From: Escherichia phage GertrudWoker_Bas73
DNA length: 43,856 bases
Direction: 5' to 3' (one strand)
Sequence record: PQ850603.1
Shown: positions 1 to 8,781 of the stretch, in pieces
Position numbering within the stretch: position 1 is the first letter of the stretch
Layout: each line of letters starts with the position of its first letter
Made by a program: the position numbers and the translations under genes
The notes under the pieces: model-generated
Told to the model about the DNA's origin: nothing
The model's input: the letters and a program-made list of their open reading frames with translations, nothing else
Databases searched by the model: none

Positions 1-585
1 GTGCGCTCTGATGGTCAGACGCATATGCAAGGGGATTCTATGAAGCTGAAACTCAAGCAGCCATCACCAGAGGTGGTACAAGCTGCACATGAAGAAGCCG
101 TTAGCGCAAACCGTCGCCGTAAACGACCGCGCGGTAAACAGAGCATTTATCAATCATCCCGTAATTCCGCCGCGTTGTGGGACCCGGACTATTGCGATGC
201 ATTGATTCGTTTCTTCGACCGCACGTCATGGGAGCTTGTACCTACGTCTAAGGGTGACGAACGCCCGCTGATTCAGGACAAACCGCCGTCGCTGGCCCGC
301 TTCGCATTACACATCGGCGTCACTATCCCGATTATTAAGCTGTGGCTGCGTGAGATTCCCGCATTTGCCGAAGCCTATGAAACCGCGCAGGCGCTGGAAG
401 ATGCTTATTTCACTGAGACAGGGGCCGCCGGTATCTCGGCTACGTTTGCTGCCGCTAAGCTGGGCCTCGGCAAAGAGAAACCAGTCGAATCCGCCGAAGA
501 AACAGCACCGACTGAGATTATTTTCAGTGTTGCAGAGCCTGTAGGTAAAATCGTAACAACGAATATGGGCGAGGCAGAGGAATGA
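1..585 (+). CDS. putative terminase small subunit (start uncertain at window edge)
   Basis: ORF immediately upstream of and overlapping the large terminase by 4 nt; Arg/Lys-rich N-terminal region; alternative ATG starts at 25 and 43. Confidence 0.4.
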   Translation: MRSDGQTHMQGDSMKLKLKQPSPEVVQAAHEEAVSANRRRKRPRGKQSIYQSSRNSAALWDPDYCDALIRFFDRTSWELVPTSKGDERPLIQDKPPSLARFALHIGVTIPIIKLWLREIPAFAEAYETAQALEDAYFTETGAAGISATFAAAKLGLGKEKPVESAEETAPTEIIFSVAEPVGKIVTTNMGEAEE

Positions 586-1832
586 GTATTCAGCTATCCG
601 CACCACAGGCGCTGTTCCTGAATTGTGATAACAAGTACAAAGCTTATGTCGGTGGGTTCGGCAGCGGAAAGACATTCGTAGGCTGCCTTGACCTGCTTAC
701 GTTTATGCTCAAGCACCCTGGTACGCGCCTGGGCTACTTCGGCCCGACATACCCGGCCATACGTGACATCTTCTACCCGACATTCGAGGAAGCGGCTAAC
801 CTCCTCGGCCTCGATGTGCTGGTTAAATCCGGCGACAAAGAGGTCGTTGTTACGCGAGGCAAGACGGTGCTCGGTACGGTTATCTGCCGTTCAATGGATA
901 ACCCCGGCTCGATAGTTGGTTTCAAAATCGCTGCGGCGGTCGTGGATGAACTGGACGTATTGAGCCGTGAGAAAGCCGAGCTGGCGTGGAACAAAATCGT
1001 AGCCCGCATGCGTCTGGTTATCCCGGGGGTAATTAACCACATCTCCGTCACCACGACTCCGGAAGGGTTCAAGTTCGTTTACGCCAAGTTCAAGGAGAAC
1101 CCGACGCCGAGTTACTCAATGGTGCAGGCGTCCACTCACGAGAACGCCAGATTCCTGCCGCCGGATTACATTAGCTCGCTGACTGAGACTTACCCGGCGC
1201 AACTGATTAACGCGTATCTGAACGGTGAGTTTGTCAACCTGACATCCGGAAGCGTGTATTACGCATACGACCGACGCAAGCACCGCAGCAAAGAGACAAT
1301 TCAACCGGGCGACACGCTGTACATCGGGCAGGACTTCAACGTTACGAAGAACGCCAGCGCCGTGTATGTGCAGCGTAAAGATGGATGGCACGCGGTTGCA
1401 GAACTGAAGGGCCTGTTCGATACGCCGGACACCGTGCGCGTAATTACCGAGAAGTGGAAGTCACAAGGCCACCGCATCGTCGTTTACCCCGACGCTAGCG
1501 GCAAGAACCGTAAGACAAACTCGGCGTCAATCTCTGATATTGCATTACTCCAGCAGGCGGGTTTCGATGTTCGCGCTAAATCAGCCAACCCCCCGGTTAA
1601 AGACCGCGTTTTAGCCGTGAACACCGCGCTGGAAAAAGGTAAGCTGTGGGTTAATGACCACTTATGTCCTGAGATAGCCAAGACGCTGGAACAGCAGGCA
1701 TACGACGATAACGGAGAGCCGGCTAAAGACGGCGTCATTGACCATATGGCTGATGCTCTCGGCTATCCTGTAGTTTATGAGATGCCGGTGGTTAAACCAG
1801 TAATCAACATCCCGGTGACTTTCGCACTTTAA
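582..1832 (+). CDS. terL: terminase large subunit
   Basis: 416 aa; Walker A-like 'GGFGSGKT' near N-terminus; sits directly before the portal gene. Confidence 0.8.
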   Translation: MSIQLSAPQALFLNCDNKYKAYVGGFGSGKTFVGCLDLLTFMLKHPGTRLGYFGPTYPAIRDIFYPTFEEAANLLGLDVLVKSGDKEVVVTRGKTVLGTVICRSMDNPGSIVGFKIAAAVVDELDVLSREKAELAWNKIVARMRLVIPGVINHISVTTTPEGFKFVYAKFKENPTPSYSMVQASTHENARFLPPDYISSLTETYPAQLINAYLNGEFVNLTSGSVYYAYDRRKHRSKETIQPGDTLYIGQDFNVTKNASAVYVQRKDGWHAVAELKGLFDTPDTVRVITEKWKSQGHRIVVYPDASGKNRKTNSASISDIALLQQAGFDVRAKSANPPVKDRVLAVNTALEKGKLWVNDHLCPEIAKTLEQQAYDDNGEPAKDGVIDHMADALGYPVVYEMPVVKPVINIPVTFAL

Positions 1833-1844
1833 GAGGATTATTAA

Positions 1845-3326
1845 ATGTTAACTATGAACGGTCAGAATCAGGGTGTTAAGACAAAACACCGGGAATGGCT
1901 GCATCACTTCGATAAATGGCAGAAGGTACGCCACGCGCTGGAAGGCGACCTTATTCGCTATCTGCGCAACGTCGGGAAGAACGAACCTGACCCGACCTAC
2001 GCAGCCCAGCGCCAGGAAGAATACGAGAACGGTGCTATCTGTTACAACTTCACTAAACGTACCCTGGCGGGGATGACGGGGTCAGTGATGCGCAAAGACC
2101 CTGAGCAGATTATCCCGCCTGAACTTGAGTACCTGTTGCACAACGCTGACGGTTCGGGTGTAGGGCTGTGGCAGCACGCGCAGGATACGTTAATGGAGAT
2201 TGACTCGATAGGCCGTGGCGGGTTGCTGGTGGACGCCCCGGAAACAGCCGCAGCAACGGCGGCAGAGCAGAACGCGGGATTATTAAACCCGGTAATCGCA
2301 TTCTATACCGCGGAGAACATTATCAACTGGAGACTCACCCGCATCGGTTCAGTGAACCGCGTGACGATGGTTGTATTGCGTGAGGCATGGGAATACTCGG
2401 AACCAGGCGCTGAGTTTGAAACAAAATTCGGCGAGCAATACCGCGTCCTTGACCTGATTGACGGTCGCTACCGCCAGCGCATCTACCGCTTCGATGCCGA
2501 AGGTGGCGCACAGGATGAAGTAATCGAAATCTTCCCGGAACTCGGCGAACAGTTGCGCGGTAAAATCCCGTTCACGTTCATTGGCGCAAGCAACAACGAC
2601 GCCACTATAGACGATGCGCCTTTACTGCCGTTAGCTGAGCTAAATATAGGACACTTCAGAAATTCGGCCGATGTGGAAGAGGCCAGCTTTATAGTAGGTC
2701 AACCGACACTGTTCATTGCCCCCGGCGAGAACATGAGCATGGAGCAGTGGAAAGAAGCCAACCCACACGGCATACGCATGGGGTCGCGTTCAGGCCACAA
2801 CATCGGCTCCGGCGGAAATGCGTTTCTGGTTCAGGCGGCGGAAACTAACCTCGCCAAACAGAATATGCTGGATAAAGAGAATCAGGCCATCCAGATTGGC
2901 GCGCAGCTTATCACCCCGACGCAGCAAATCACCGCGGAATCGGCCCGCCTGCAACGCGGCGCCGACACGTCAGTCATGGCAACAATAGCACGTAATGTAA
3001 GCATGGCGTATACCGATGCGTTGCGCTGGGTTGCGGGTATGCTTGGGCTTAGTGAAGATACTGAGATTGAGTTCAAGCTGAATATGGAATTCTTCCTGCA
3101 ACCTATGACAGCTCAGGACCGCGCTCAGTGGATGGCGGATATTAACGCTGGCCTGCTACCCGCCACCGCTTACTATGCTGCGTTGCGCAAGGCAGGTGTG
3201 ACTGACTGGACAGATGAGGACATTCAGAACGCTATTGAAGACGCACCTCTGCCGTTGGGTTCTGTTGCTCAGGTAGCGGGAGAGATTCCGCAGTCGGCGC
3301 AGCAACAGGACACCACTCAGCAGTAA
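1845..3326 (+). CDS. portal protein
   Basis: 493 aa ORF directly after terminase with RBS-like 'aagaggatt'; size, position and acidic C-terminus typical of portal proteins. Confidence 0.7.
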   Translation: MLTMNGQNQGVKTKHREWLHHFDKWQKVRHALEGDLIRYLRNVGKNEPDPTYAAQRQEEYENGAICYNFTKRTLAGMTGSVMRKDPEQIIPPELEYLLHNADGSGVGLWQHAQDTLMEIDSIGRGGLLVDAPETAAATAAEQNAGLLNPVIAFYTAENIINWRLTRIGSVNRVTMVVLREAWEYSEPGAEFETKFGEQYRVLDLIDGRYRQRIYRFDAEGGAQDEVIEIFPELGEQLRGKIPFTFIGASNNDATIDDAPLLPLAELNIGHFRNSADVEEASFIVGQPTLFIAPGENMSMEQWKEANPHGIRMGSRSGHNIGSGGNAFLVQAAETNLAKQNMLDKENQAIQIGAQLITPTQQITAESARLQRGADTSVMATIARNVSMAYTDALRWVAGMLGLSEDTEIEFKLNMEFFLQPMTAQDRAQWMADINAGLLPATAYYAALRKAGVTDWTDEDIQNAIEDAPLPLGSVAQVAGEIPQSAQQQDTTQQ

Positions 3327-3336
3327 GTTCACCTAT

Positions 3337-3358
3337 AGCCCCGAAAGGGGCTTTCTTA
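3337..3358 (+). terminator. rho-independent terminator-like hairpin after portal gene
   Basis: 'agcccc gaaa ggggct' stem-loop followed by 'tttctt'. Confidence 0.5.
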
Positions 3359-3362
3359 TAGT

Positions 3363-4439
3363 ATGCTATTAACTTTAGCGCCACAGGGTTTATCTATGAG
3401 CTTACTTACATCCCTAATCAGCCATCAGATATGGCTGCAACGCACCGCATCCGGTGAGGTGAAAGACCTCACGCCGTTCATTCAGGAGATAAGGGATGAA
3501 ATCAAACGGCAGGTGCTGTTATTCGGTGACGACGGTCGCAGCACTGCGCGACTGAATAAACTGTTACGCGACCTGGAAGAAGCACTAACCGGTATTACGG
3601 GTGACTGGCAAACAAAGCTAACAGACGACCTTAAGGAACTGGCGGCGTACGAGGCTGAGTGGAACGTAAAGACACTGACCGCCAACGTAGACGCGGAATT
3701 TGTTACGCCTACCGCTGAGCAGGTATGGGCCGCTGCCGAGTTTCAACCATTATCATTGAGCGACAAGCCCGTTGATTTCACCAAGCTGATGTCTGGATGG
3801 GGCGAAACGGAAGTAGCACGTCTTGTAACTGGAGTTAAGATGGGCTTTGTGCAAGGCCAGACAACACGGCAGATTGTTAAGAATGTTGTTGGCGCTGGTG
3901 GACTAGCCGACATCTCAGAACGTAACGCGACTACGGTAATCCGCACCGCGCTGTCCCACGTATCCAACGAGGCCCGTAACGAGACGTACCGCCAGAACGA
4001 CGACATCATCGAGAAATATGAGTGGGTGTCAACTTTGGACAGCCGTACCAGCACGATTTGCAGGGCCAGAGACGGAATGACGTGGGAAATCGGTAAAGGT
4101 CCGATGCCGCCAGCCCATCCTAATTGCCGAAGTACCACTGCACCGGTAATCAGTTCAGAGTTCGACTTCCTCGATAAAGGCGCAAAACGGGCGGCTAAGG
4201 GCGCTGACGGCGGCACTCAGGTAAGCGCGGACACAACATATTACGAGTTCCTTAAACAACAACCGGCATGGTTCGTGGATGAAGCACTCGGGCCGACCCG
4301 CGGTAAGATTTTCCGCAACAGCGGTATATCGCCGGAGGAGTTTCGCGTAATATCTGTAGATGGTTTCGGGAATCCGCTTACGCTTAAGCAGATGGCGGAA
4401 CTCGATAAACGTGTTGCTGATTATCTGAAAGGGGATTAA
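3363..4439 (+). CDS. head morphogenesis protein (SPP1 gp7 / Mu F-like minor head protein)
   Basis: 358 aa between portal and capsid genes, as in this family; alternative start ATG at 3396. Confidence 0.55.
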   Translation: MLLTLAPQGLSMSLLTSLISHQIWLQRTASGEVKDLTPFIQEIRDEIKRQVLLFGDDGRSTARLNKLLRDLEEALTGITGDWQTKLTDDLKELAAYEAEWNVKTLTANVDAEFVTPTAEQVWAAAEFQPLSLSDKPVDFTKLMSGWGETEVARLVTGVKMGFVQGQTTRQIVKNVVGAGGLADISERNATTVIRTALSHVSNEARNETYRQNDDIIEKYEWVSTLDSRTSTICRARDGMTWEIGKGPMPPAHPNCRSTTAPVISSEFDFLDKGAKRAAKGADGGTQVSADTTYYEFLKQQPAWFVDEALGPTRGKIFRNSGISPEEFRVISVDGFGNPLTLKQMAELDKRVADYLKGD

Positions 4440-4900
4440 TGATGGGCTTTTTCAAAGTAACTGATGTGCCGTCACGTCGCGTAGTCCAGTACGCTCGGGT
4501 GTCTGGCTCCGGTGAGAACGTAACCTACGTTGAGGATGAAAGTGTACTAGGTACACCTGTAGACGAGATGCCGTACGCAGACAAGACAGGTATCGCACTC
4601 TCTGCCGCTGGTATGCTTTATGAAATTCCGTATCTGGCGGACGCTGGTGACGTGTATTTCTCTGTGCAACCGAAAGACACTGAACTTACAGATGACAGCG
4701 CAACTATCACTGTCGAAGTTAAGGCGGGTAAAGCACCGTATGCCCTGACCTGGTACAAAGACGGTAAGGAAGTGGTAAACGCCCCGGAAGAGGCCTTGTC
4801 TCTGACGGTTAATGCAGTTGGTGAATACTTCGTTAAAGTTACCGATGCCGGTGGCGTAGAGGCCGTCAGTAAAGCGGCGAAGGTCGCTAAACCAGAATGA
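4439..4900 (+). CDS. hypothetical protein with C-terminal Ig-like segment
   Basis: start overlaps upstream stop (ATGATG); C-terminal 'YALTWYKDGKEV...GEYFVKVTD' resembles Ig-like beta-sandwich domains. Confidence 0.4.
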   Translation: MMGFFKVTDVPSRRVVQYARVSGSGENVTYVEDESVLGTPVDEMPYADKTGIALSAAGMLYEIPYLADAGDVYFSVQPKDTELTDDSATITVEVKAGKAPYALTWYKDGKEVVNAPEEALSLTVNAVGEYFVKVTDAGGVEAVSKAAKVAKPE

Positions 4901-4903
4901 TAA

Positions 4904-4930
4904 AAGGCCCCATTAAGGGGCCTTAGTTTT
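4904..4930. terminator. bidirectional hairpin terminator between convergent genes
   Basis: 'aaggcccc attaa ggggcctt' with T-run 'agtttt' downstream and A-run upstream. Confidence 0.6.
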
Positions 4931-5133
4931 CAACGGAATCTTGTGTTTAAATCCTGCTCATGGACAACCCTCAGAACAGTGTCATAATCCCCGTATCTTC
5001 CAGGTTCAAATATATCTAATGCCTTGTAAGCAGACATTGCGTCAAGGAAAACCTGCAGAACCTTTTTAACCCGGCACAAGTCACCGTCGAACTCTTCATC
5101 GAACTCTTGAACTACTTCGCAAATTGCATACAT
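4930..5133 (-). CDS. hypothetical small protein (67 aa)
   Basis: minus-strand ORF with GGAGG RBS (complement of 5140-5144) and its own promoter at 5161-5189. Confidence 0.5.
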   Translation of the reverse strand: MYAICEVVQEFDEEFDGDLCRVKKVLQVFLDAMSAYKALDIFEPGRYGDYDTVLRVVHEQDLNTRFR

Positions 5134-5160
5134 TTTTCACCTCCTGTTTAAGTTAACTGA

Positions 5161-5189
5161 ATAGTACCCTATTATATTGGGGTGTGCAA
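5161..5189 (-). promoter_or_regulatory. sigma70-like promoter TTGCAC-N17-TACTAT with embedded AATAGGGTACTATT palindrome
   Basis: minus strand reads 'TTGCACaccccaatataatagggTACTATtcag' about 25 nt upstream of the 4930..5133 start. Confidence 0.5.
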
Positions 5190-5241
5190 ACTATTTATTT
5201 ACGTATTCCAGTTATTCCACCGAATTGTAAATGTTGGAATA

Positions 5242-5257
5242 AACTATTCGAATAGTT
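5242..5257. repeat. perfect 16-bp palindrome AACTATTCGAATAGTT
   Basis: self-complementary; overlaps the -35 of the promoter at 5256-5284; carries the same CTATTC/GAATAG half-sites as the promoter operators. Confidence 0.6.
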
Positions 5258-5284
5258 GACTTTTCACTGAAAATGTGCTAAGCT
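5256..5284 (+). promoter_or_regulatory. sigma70-like promoter TTGACT-N17-TAAGCT
   Basis: spacing fits consensus; about 225 nt upstream of the Rz start, so it drives a long leader or a short RNA. Confidence 0.35.
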
Positions 5285-5464
5285 CCACCTGAGCTTGTGA
5301 AGTATGAACAAGCGACCGCGGCGCGGGCAGGTAACGGAGCGGGACGTAAGTCCTGAGTGTAGTTACGCTGACGCGTTCGGAAGGGCCATACTCTATTGCT
5401 TGTGTAAAAAGTAACAGGTTTACTTAGATTACGCCGTTTCTATGTTTAAATGATAAGGACTAGC

Positions 5465-5490
5465 GCCCTGCTTTAAGGCAGGGCTTTACT
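5465..5490 (+). terminator. stem-loop / weak terminator in spanin leader
   Basis: 'gccctgc tttaag gcagggc' followed by 'ttt'; located 20 nt upstream of Rz RBS 'gaaagggg'. Confidence 0.35.
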
Positions 5491-5508
5491 TATCGAGAAA
5501 GGGGAAAC

Positions 5509-5895
5509 ATGAATCTTAAAGCAACTGTCGTAGCGGGAGCATGTTTCATCATCCTGGCTTACGCCCACGGCATTTACCAGTATCGCAGCGGCTGGAGCGA
5601 AGGCCGGGCGAATCTCGTTTCGCAGCAACAGCAGAAAGCGCAGGCTGAGTTAGCGAAGAAAACACAACGGCAGCAGCAGGACGAATCGAAGGCAGCCGCC
5701 GCTGACAACGAAGGCAAGACGAAATCAGAGGTGATTACCCGTGAAGTCGTTAAGTACATTAGAACGCCTGGTCGCAGCGTGTGCACTTTTGACCCTGAGC
5801 GCGTGCAGCTCAAGTCCCGCGCCGTCGCAAACGCCAATTCCATCCCCGGATATGACAATGATGCAGCCTCCGTGCAAACTGGCAGCGCCAAGTAG
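5509..5895 (+). CDS. Rz: i-spanin (Rz-like)
   Basis: 128 aa; N-terminal TM helix 'VVAGACFIILAYAHGIY' then Gln/Ala/Lys-rich coiled-coil; contains an embedded out-of-frame lipoprotein ORF. Confidence 0.6.
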   Translation: MNLKATVVAGACFIILAYAHGIYQYRSGWSEGRANLVSQQQQKAQAELAKKTQRQQQDESKAAAADNEGKTKSEVITREVVKYIRTPGRSVCTFDPERVQLKSRAVANANSIPGYDNDAASVQTGSAK

Positions 5896-6004
5896 CGACG
5901 CTGACGAGGATTTAGCTATCGACGTTCAGAACGCTGAATGCGTACGGCAGCTGCGGCTGAAAGTGTTCATGTTGCAGGATTACGTGAGGAATATTCTGGA
6001 ATAG
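5741..6004 (+). CDS. Rz1: o-spanin (Rz1-like outer-membrane lipoprotein), overlapping Rz out of frame
   Basis: GTG start within Rz; signal peptide with lipobox 'LSAC'; Pro-rich mature region 'SSSPAPSQTPIPSP'; extends 109 nt past Rz stop. Confidence 0.5.
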   Translation: MKSLSTLERLVAACALLTLSACSSSPAPSQTPIPSPDMTMMQPPCKLAAPSSDADEDLAIDVQNAECVRQLRLKVFMLQDYVRNILE

Positions 6005-6086
6005 TTGCCTTGTATGTTGGAATAATTTATTCTTGACATGTAAATCCGGGAGGCCCGGATTCCAACGTCCAGGGGACATACTGACT

Positions 6087-6788
6087 ATGAATCGTTTTTT
6101 ACGTTATCCGTTCCAGGAAGAAGCTGGAGCAGAAGATAAAGCTGGTGGCGGTGACGCTCCTAAAATGTTCACCGCTGAAGAAGTTCAGGCGCTGATTGAG
6201 AAAGAAGTTGCCGGGCTTAAGGCTAATCAGGAAGCATTGTTGGCGGAGAAGAAAGAAGCCGCTCGCAAAGCAAAAGAGGCCGAAGAAGAACGGCAGCGCG
6301 CGCACCAGGAGGCGTTAAAAGCCGCTGGTAAGATGGATGAGTTCGAAAAGACGATTCGTAGCCAGTACGACCCTGTGTTAGCCGAGAAAGACGGTCGCAT
6401 CTCCAGAATGGCAGAGCGTATCCTCGGCAGCGAACGTAAAGCGGTGCTAGGCTCTTTCGCGGGTGACTTTATTACCCCAGAAGCAGTGGACATTCTTGCG
6501 CCGTTCGTTAAGACTGAGTTCGAAGGCGATGATGTGGTTACTAAGTTTGTTGGTGCAGACGGTAACGTAATCACGACTGACCCGGAACAGTTCCGCAAAT
6601 ACCTGCGCGAACACAAGGCGTTTTCGCATTTGATCAAAGCAAATGCAGCTTCCGGCGGCGGGGCTTCCGGTAGCAAAGGCGGCGGGGCCGCACCAGCGTT
6701 TAAAGACATGAGTGAAGCAGAGCGTTTAGCCCTGTATAAATCGAACCCTGCCGAATTTGAACGGCAACTTAAAGCCCTGAGGAAATAA
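6087..6788 (+). CDS. scaffolding protein (putative)
   Basis: Ala/Glu/Lys-rich predicted coiled-coil protein immediately upstream of the major capsid gene; track ORF starts 6033, ATG at 6087 preferred. Confidence 0.5.
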   Translation: MNRFLRYPFQEEAGAEDKAGGGDAPKMFTAEEVQALIEKEVAGLKANQEALLAEKKEAARKAKEAEEERQRAHQEALKAAGKMDEFEKTIRSQYDPVLAEKDGRISRMAERILGSERKAVLGSFAGDFITPEAVDILAPFVKTEFEGDDVVTKFVGADGNVITTDPEQFRKYLREHKAFSHLIKANAASGGGASGSKGGGAAPAFKDMSEAERLALYKSNPAEFERQLKALRK

Positions 6789-6790
6789 TA

Positions 6791-7840
6791 ATGGCAATTA
6801 CCACTATCGGCGATATCGTAACTGGCAACATCCCGGTCCTGGCGTCTTATATGACCGAGGACCCGGTAGAAAAAACCGCGTTCTTCCAGTCCGGTATTCT
6901 GACCCCGACTCCGTACGCCGCTGAGATTGCCCGCGGCCCGTCCAACGTCGCTAATATTCCTTTCTGGAAAGCGATTGATACCTCTATCGAGCCGAACTAC
7001 TCGAACGACGTATACCAGGACATCGCCACCCCGCGTAACGTGCAGACCGGCGAGATGATGGCGCGCGTTGCGTACCTGAACGAAGGTTTCGGTCAGGCGG
7101 ATTTGACCGTTGAACTGACCAGCCAGAACCCGCTGCAATCCGTAGCGTCACGTCTGGATAACTTCTGGCAGCGTCAGGCACAACGCCGTCTGATTGCTAC
7201 CGCGCTCGGGCTGTACAATGACAACGTAGCCGCTACCGACGCATACCACGAGCAGAATGACATGGTAATCGACGTGTCTGCTACTCTGGGCTTCGATGCG
7301 GGCGCGTTCATCGACGCTACCCAGACTATGGGCGATGCTCTGATGGGCAACGGCGGTGAAGTGCTGGGGGCTATCGCGATGCATAGCTTCGTTTATGCGC
7401 AGGCACGTAAGCAGCAGCTTATCGACTTCATCCGTGACGCGGACAACAACACCATGTTCGCCACCTACCAGGGCTACCGCGTGATTGTTGACGACAGCAT
7501 GACCGTAGTCGGCACTGGCCCGACCCGTAAGTTCATCTCCATCATCTTCGGCAACGGCGCTATCGGTTACGGTGAAGGTTCTCCGTCCAACCCGCTGGAA
7601 TACGAGCGCGAAGCGTCCCGTGGCAACGGCGGCGGCGTTGAAACCCTGTGGACCCGTAAGACCTGGTTGCTACATCCGTTTGGTTACAGCTTCACCAGTG
7701 CAGTAATCACTGGCAACGGCACCGAGACTACCCCGCGCTCTGCTTCCTGGCAGGACCTGGCGAACGCCTCCAACTGGAACCGTGTGGTTGACCGCAAGCA
7801 CGTACCGATTGCCTTCCTGGTAACTGGTGTCGGTGCTTAA
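6791..7840 (+). CDS. major capsid protein
   Basis: 349 aa directly after the scaffold-like gene, followed by a strong terminator; size and position typical of HK97-fold capsid proteins. Confidence 0.75.
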   Translation: MAITTIGDIVTGNIPVLASYMTEDPVEKTAFFQSGILTPTPYAAEIARGPSNVANIPFWKAIDTSIEPNYSNDVYQDIATPRNVQTGEMMARVAYLNEGFGQADLTVELTSQNPLQSVASRLDNFWQRQAQRRLIATALGLYNDNVAATDAYHEQNDMVIDVSATLGFDAGAFIDATQTMGDALMGNGGEVLGAIAMHSFVYAQARKQQLIDFIRDADNNTMFATYQGYRVIVDDSMTVVGTGPTRKFISIIFGNGAIGYGEGSPSNPLEYEREASRGNGGGVETLWTRKTWLLHPFGYSFTSAVITGNGTETTPRSASWQDLANASNWNRVVDRKHVPIAFLVTGVGA

Positions 7841-7855
7841 GGTTAAGCTATAATC

Positions 7856-7884
7856 GAGAGGGACTTCGGTCCCTCTTTTCATTT
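7856..7884 (+). terminator. rho-independent terminator after capsid gene
   Basis: 'agagggac ttcg gtccctct' followed by 'tttcattt'. Confidence 0.6.
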
Positions 7885-7899
7885 ACTAAGAGGTAAATT

Positions 7900-8199
7900 A
7901 TGGCTAAGACCGGAAAAGGCTTGCCGCGCAGCCTTCAGAATGTCGACTTCGGTGACTTTGATATCCCAGTCACGCCTGCTACTACCAGCGTAGCTGGTGG
8001 GGTTAAAAAGTCAGCTCCTGTGACTGCACCTGGGGCCATTACCGCCGCCGCCAGGGTGCAGTCCGCCGCGGCACCGACTAAGGAAGAGTTCGACGCCCTT
8101 GTAGCGGAGTACAACACACTCCTAACCAATGTTACCGCGCTGCGCGTTACCGTAGTAAAGCTGGTGGCTGCGCTTAAAGACGCAGGAACTGTAAGCTAA
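7900..8199 (+). CDS. hypothetical Ala-rich protein (possible head decoration)
   Basis: 99 aa, RBS 'aagaggtaaatt'; follows capsid gene. Confidence 0.4.
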   Translation: MAKTGKGLPRSLQNVDFGDFDIPVTPATTSVAGGVKKSAPVTAPGAITAAARVQSAAAPTKEEFDALVAEYNTLLTNVTALRVTVVKLVAALKDAGTVS

Positions 8200-8211
8200 A
8201 GGAGCTTAAAA

Positions 8212-8562
8212 ATGGTTGATGTAATCAAACGTCGCATTACCGGTGTTTCTGATGATTCTCCTGCCGATGGTCAGGTTGAAATCGATATGGCGAATATCTC
8301 GCCAGCGTCTTTTTCTGCCGCGCTTGCGGCTACCACCGCAGTTACGGTGGGGCAGACTATGGCTCTTACCGTAGTGGTAACTGGCGGTCTGGAGCCGTAT
8401 TCCTACCAGTGGTACAAAGATAACAACGCCATCGACGGAGCCACCGCAGCTACCTATGCGAAGGCGTCCACTACTACCGCAGATTCAGGCACGTATAAAG
8501 TGGTTGTTCACGATGTGTATGGTAATATTATCTCCAGCAGCACCGTAGCAACTGTGTCTTAA
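8212..8562 (+). CDS. Ig-like domain protein (possible capsid decoration / Hoc-like)
   Basis: 'YSYQWYKDNNAIDGATAATYAKASTTTADSGTYKVVVHD' matches Ig-like beta-sandwich pattern. Confidence 0.45.
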   Translation: MVDVIKRRITGVSDDSPADGQVEIDMANISPASFSAALAATTAVTVGQTMALTVVVTGGLEPYSYQWYKDNNAIDGATAATYAKASTTTADSGTYKVVVHDVYGNIISSSTVATVS

Positions 8563-8598
8563 TACAACGGCCCTTCGGGGCCGTAATAAGGAAAGGTC

Positions 8599-8778
8599 AT
8601 GGCAGATAATTACGTAATCCGCGAAAAGTATACCCACGTTGATATCGTTGACGGACAGGTGATGCCTGTTCGCGGTGTGGTAGAAGCGGATGAACTGGTT
8701 GCAACCCAACCAGACAATGAAGAAGCGCACAACAACGGCGGTGGTACTAAGCGTCGTCGCCGTAAGTCAGAGGAATAA
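8599..8778 (+). CDS. hypothetical small protein (59 aa, below ORF-track cutoff)
   Basis: ATG preceded by 'aaggaaaggtc'; ends with basic tail 'GGGTKRRRRKSEE'; fills the gap between flanking genes. Confidence 0.4.
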   Translation: MADNYVIREKYTHVDIVDGQVMPVRGVVEADELVATQPDNEEAHNNGGGTKRRRRKSEE

Positions 8779-8781
8779 TTT

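Noticed and set aside
6227-7138. 303-aa minus-strand ORF spanning scaffold and capsid genes
   Set aside because: Antisense shadow ORF across two well-supported + strand genes; arginine- and serine-rich low-complexity translation typical of non-coding frames.
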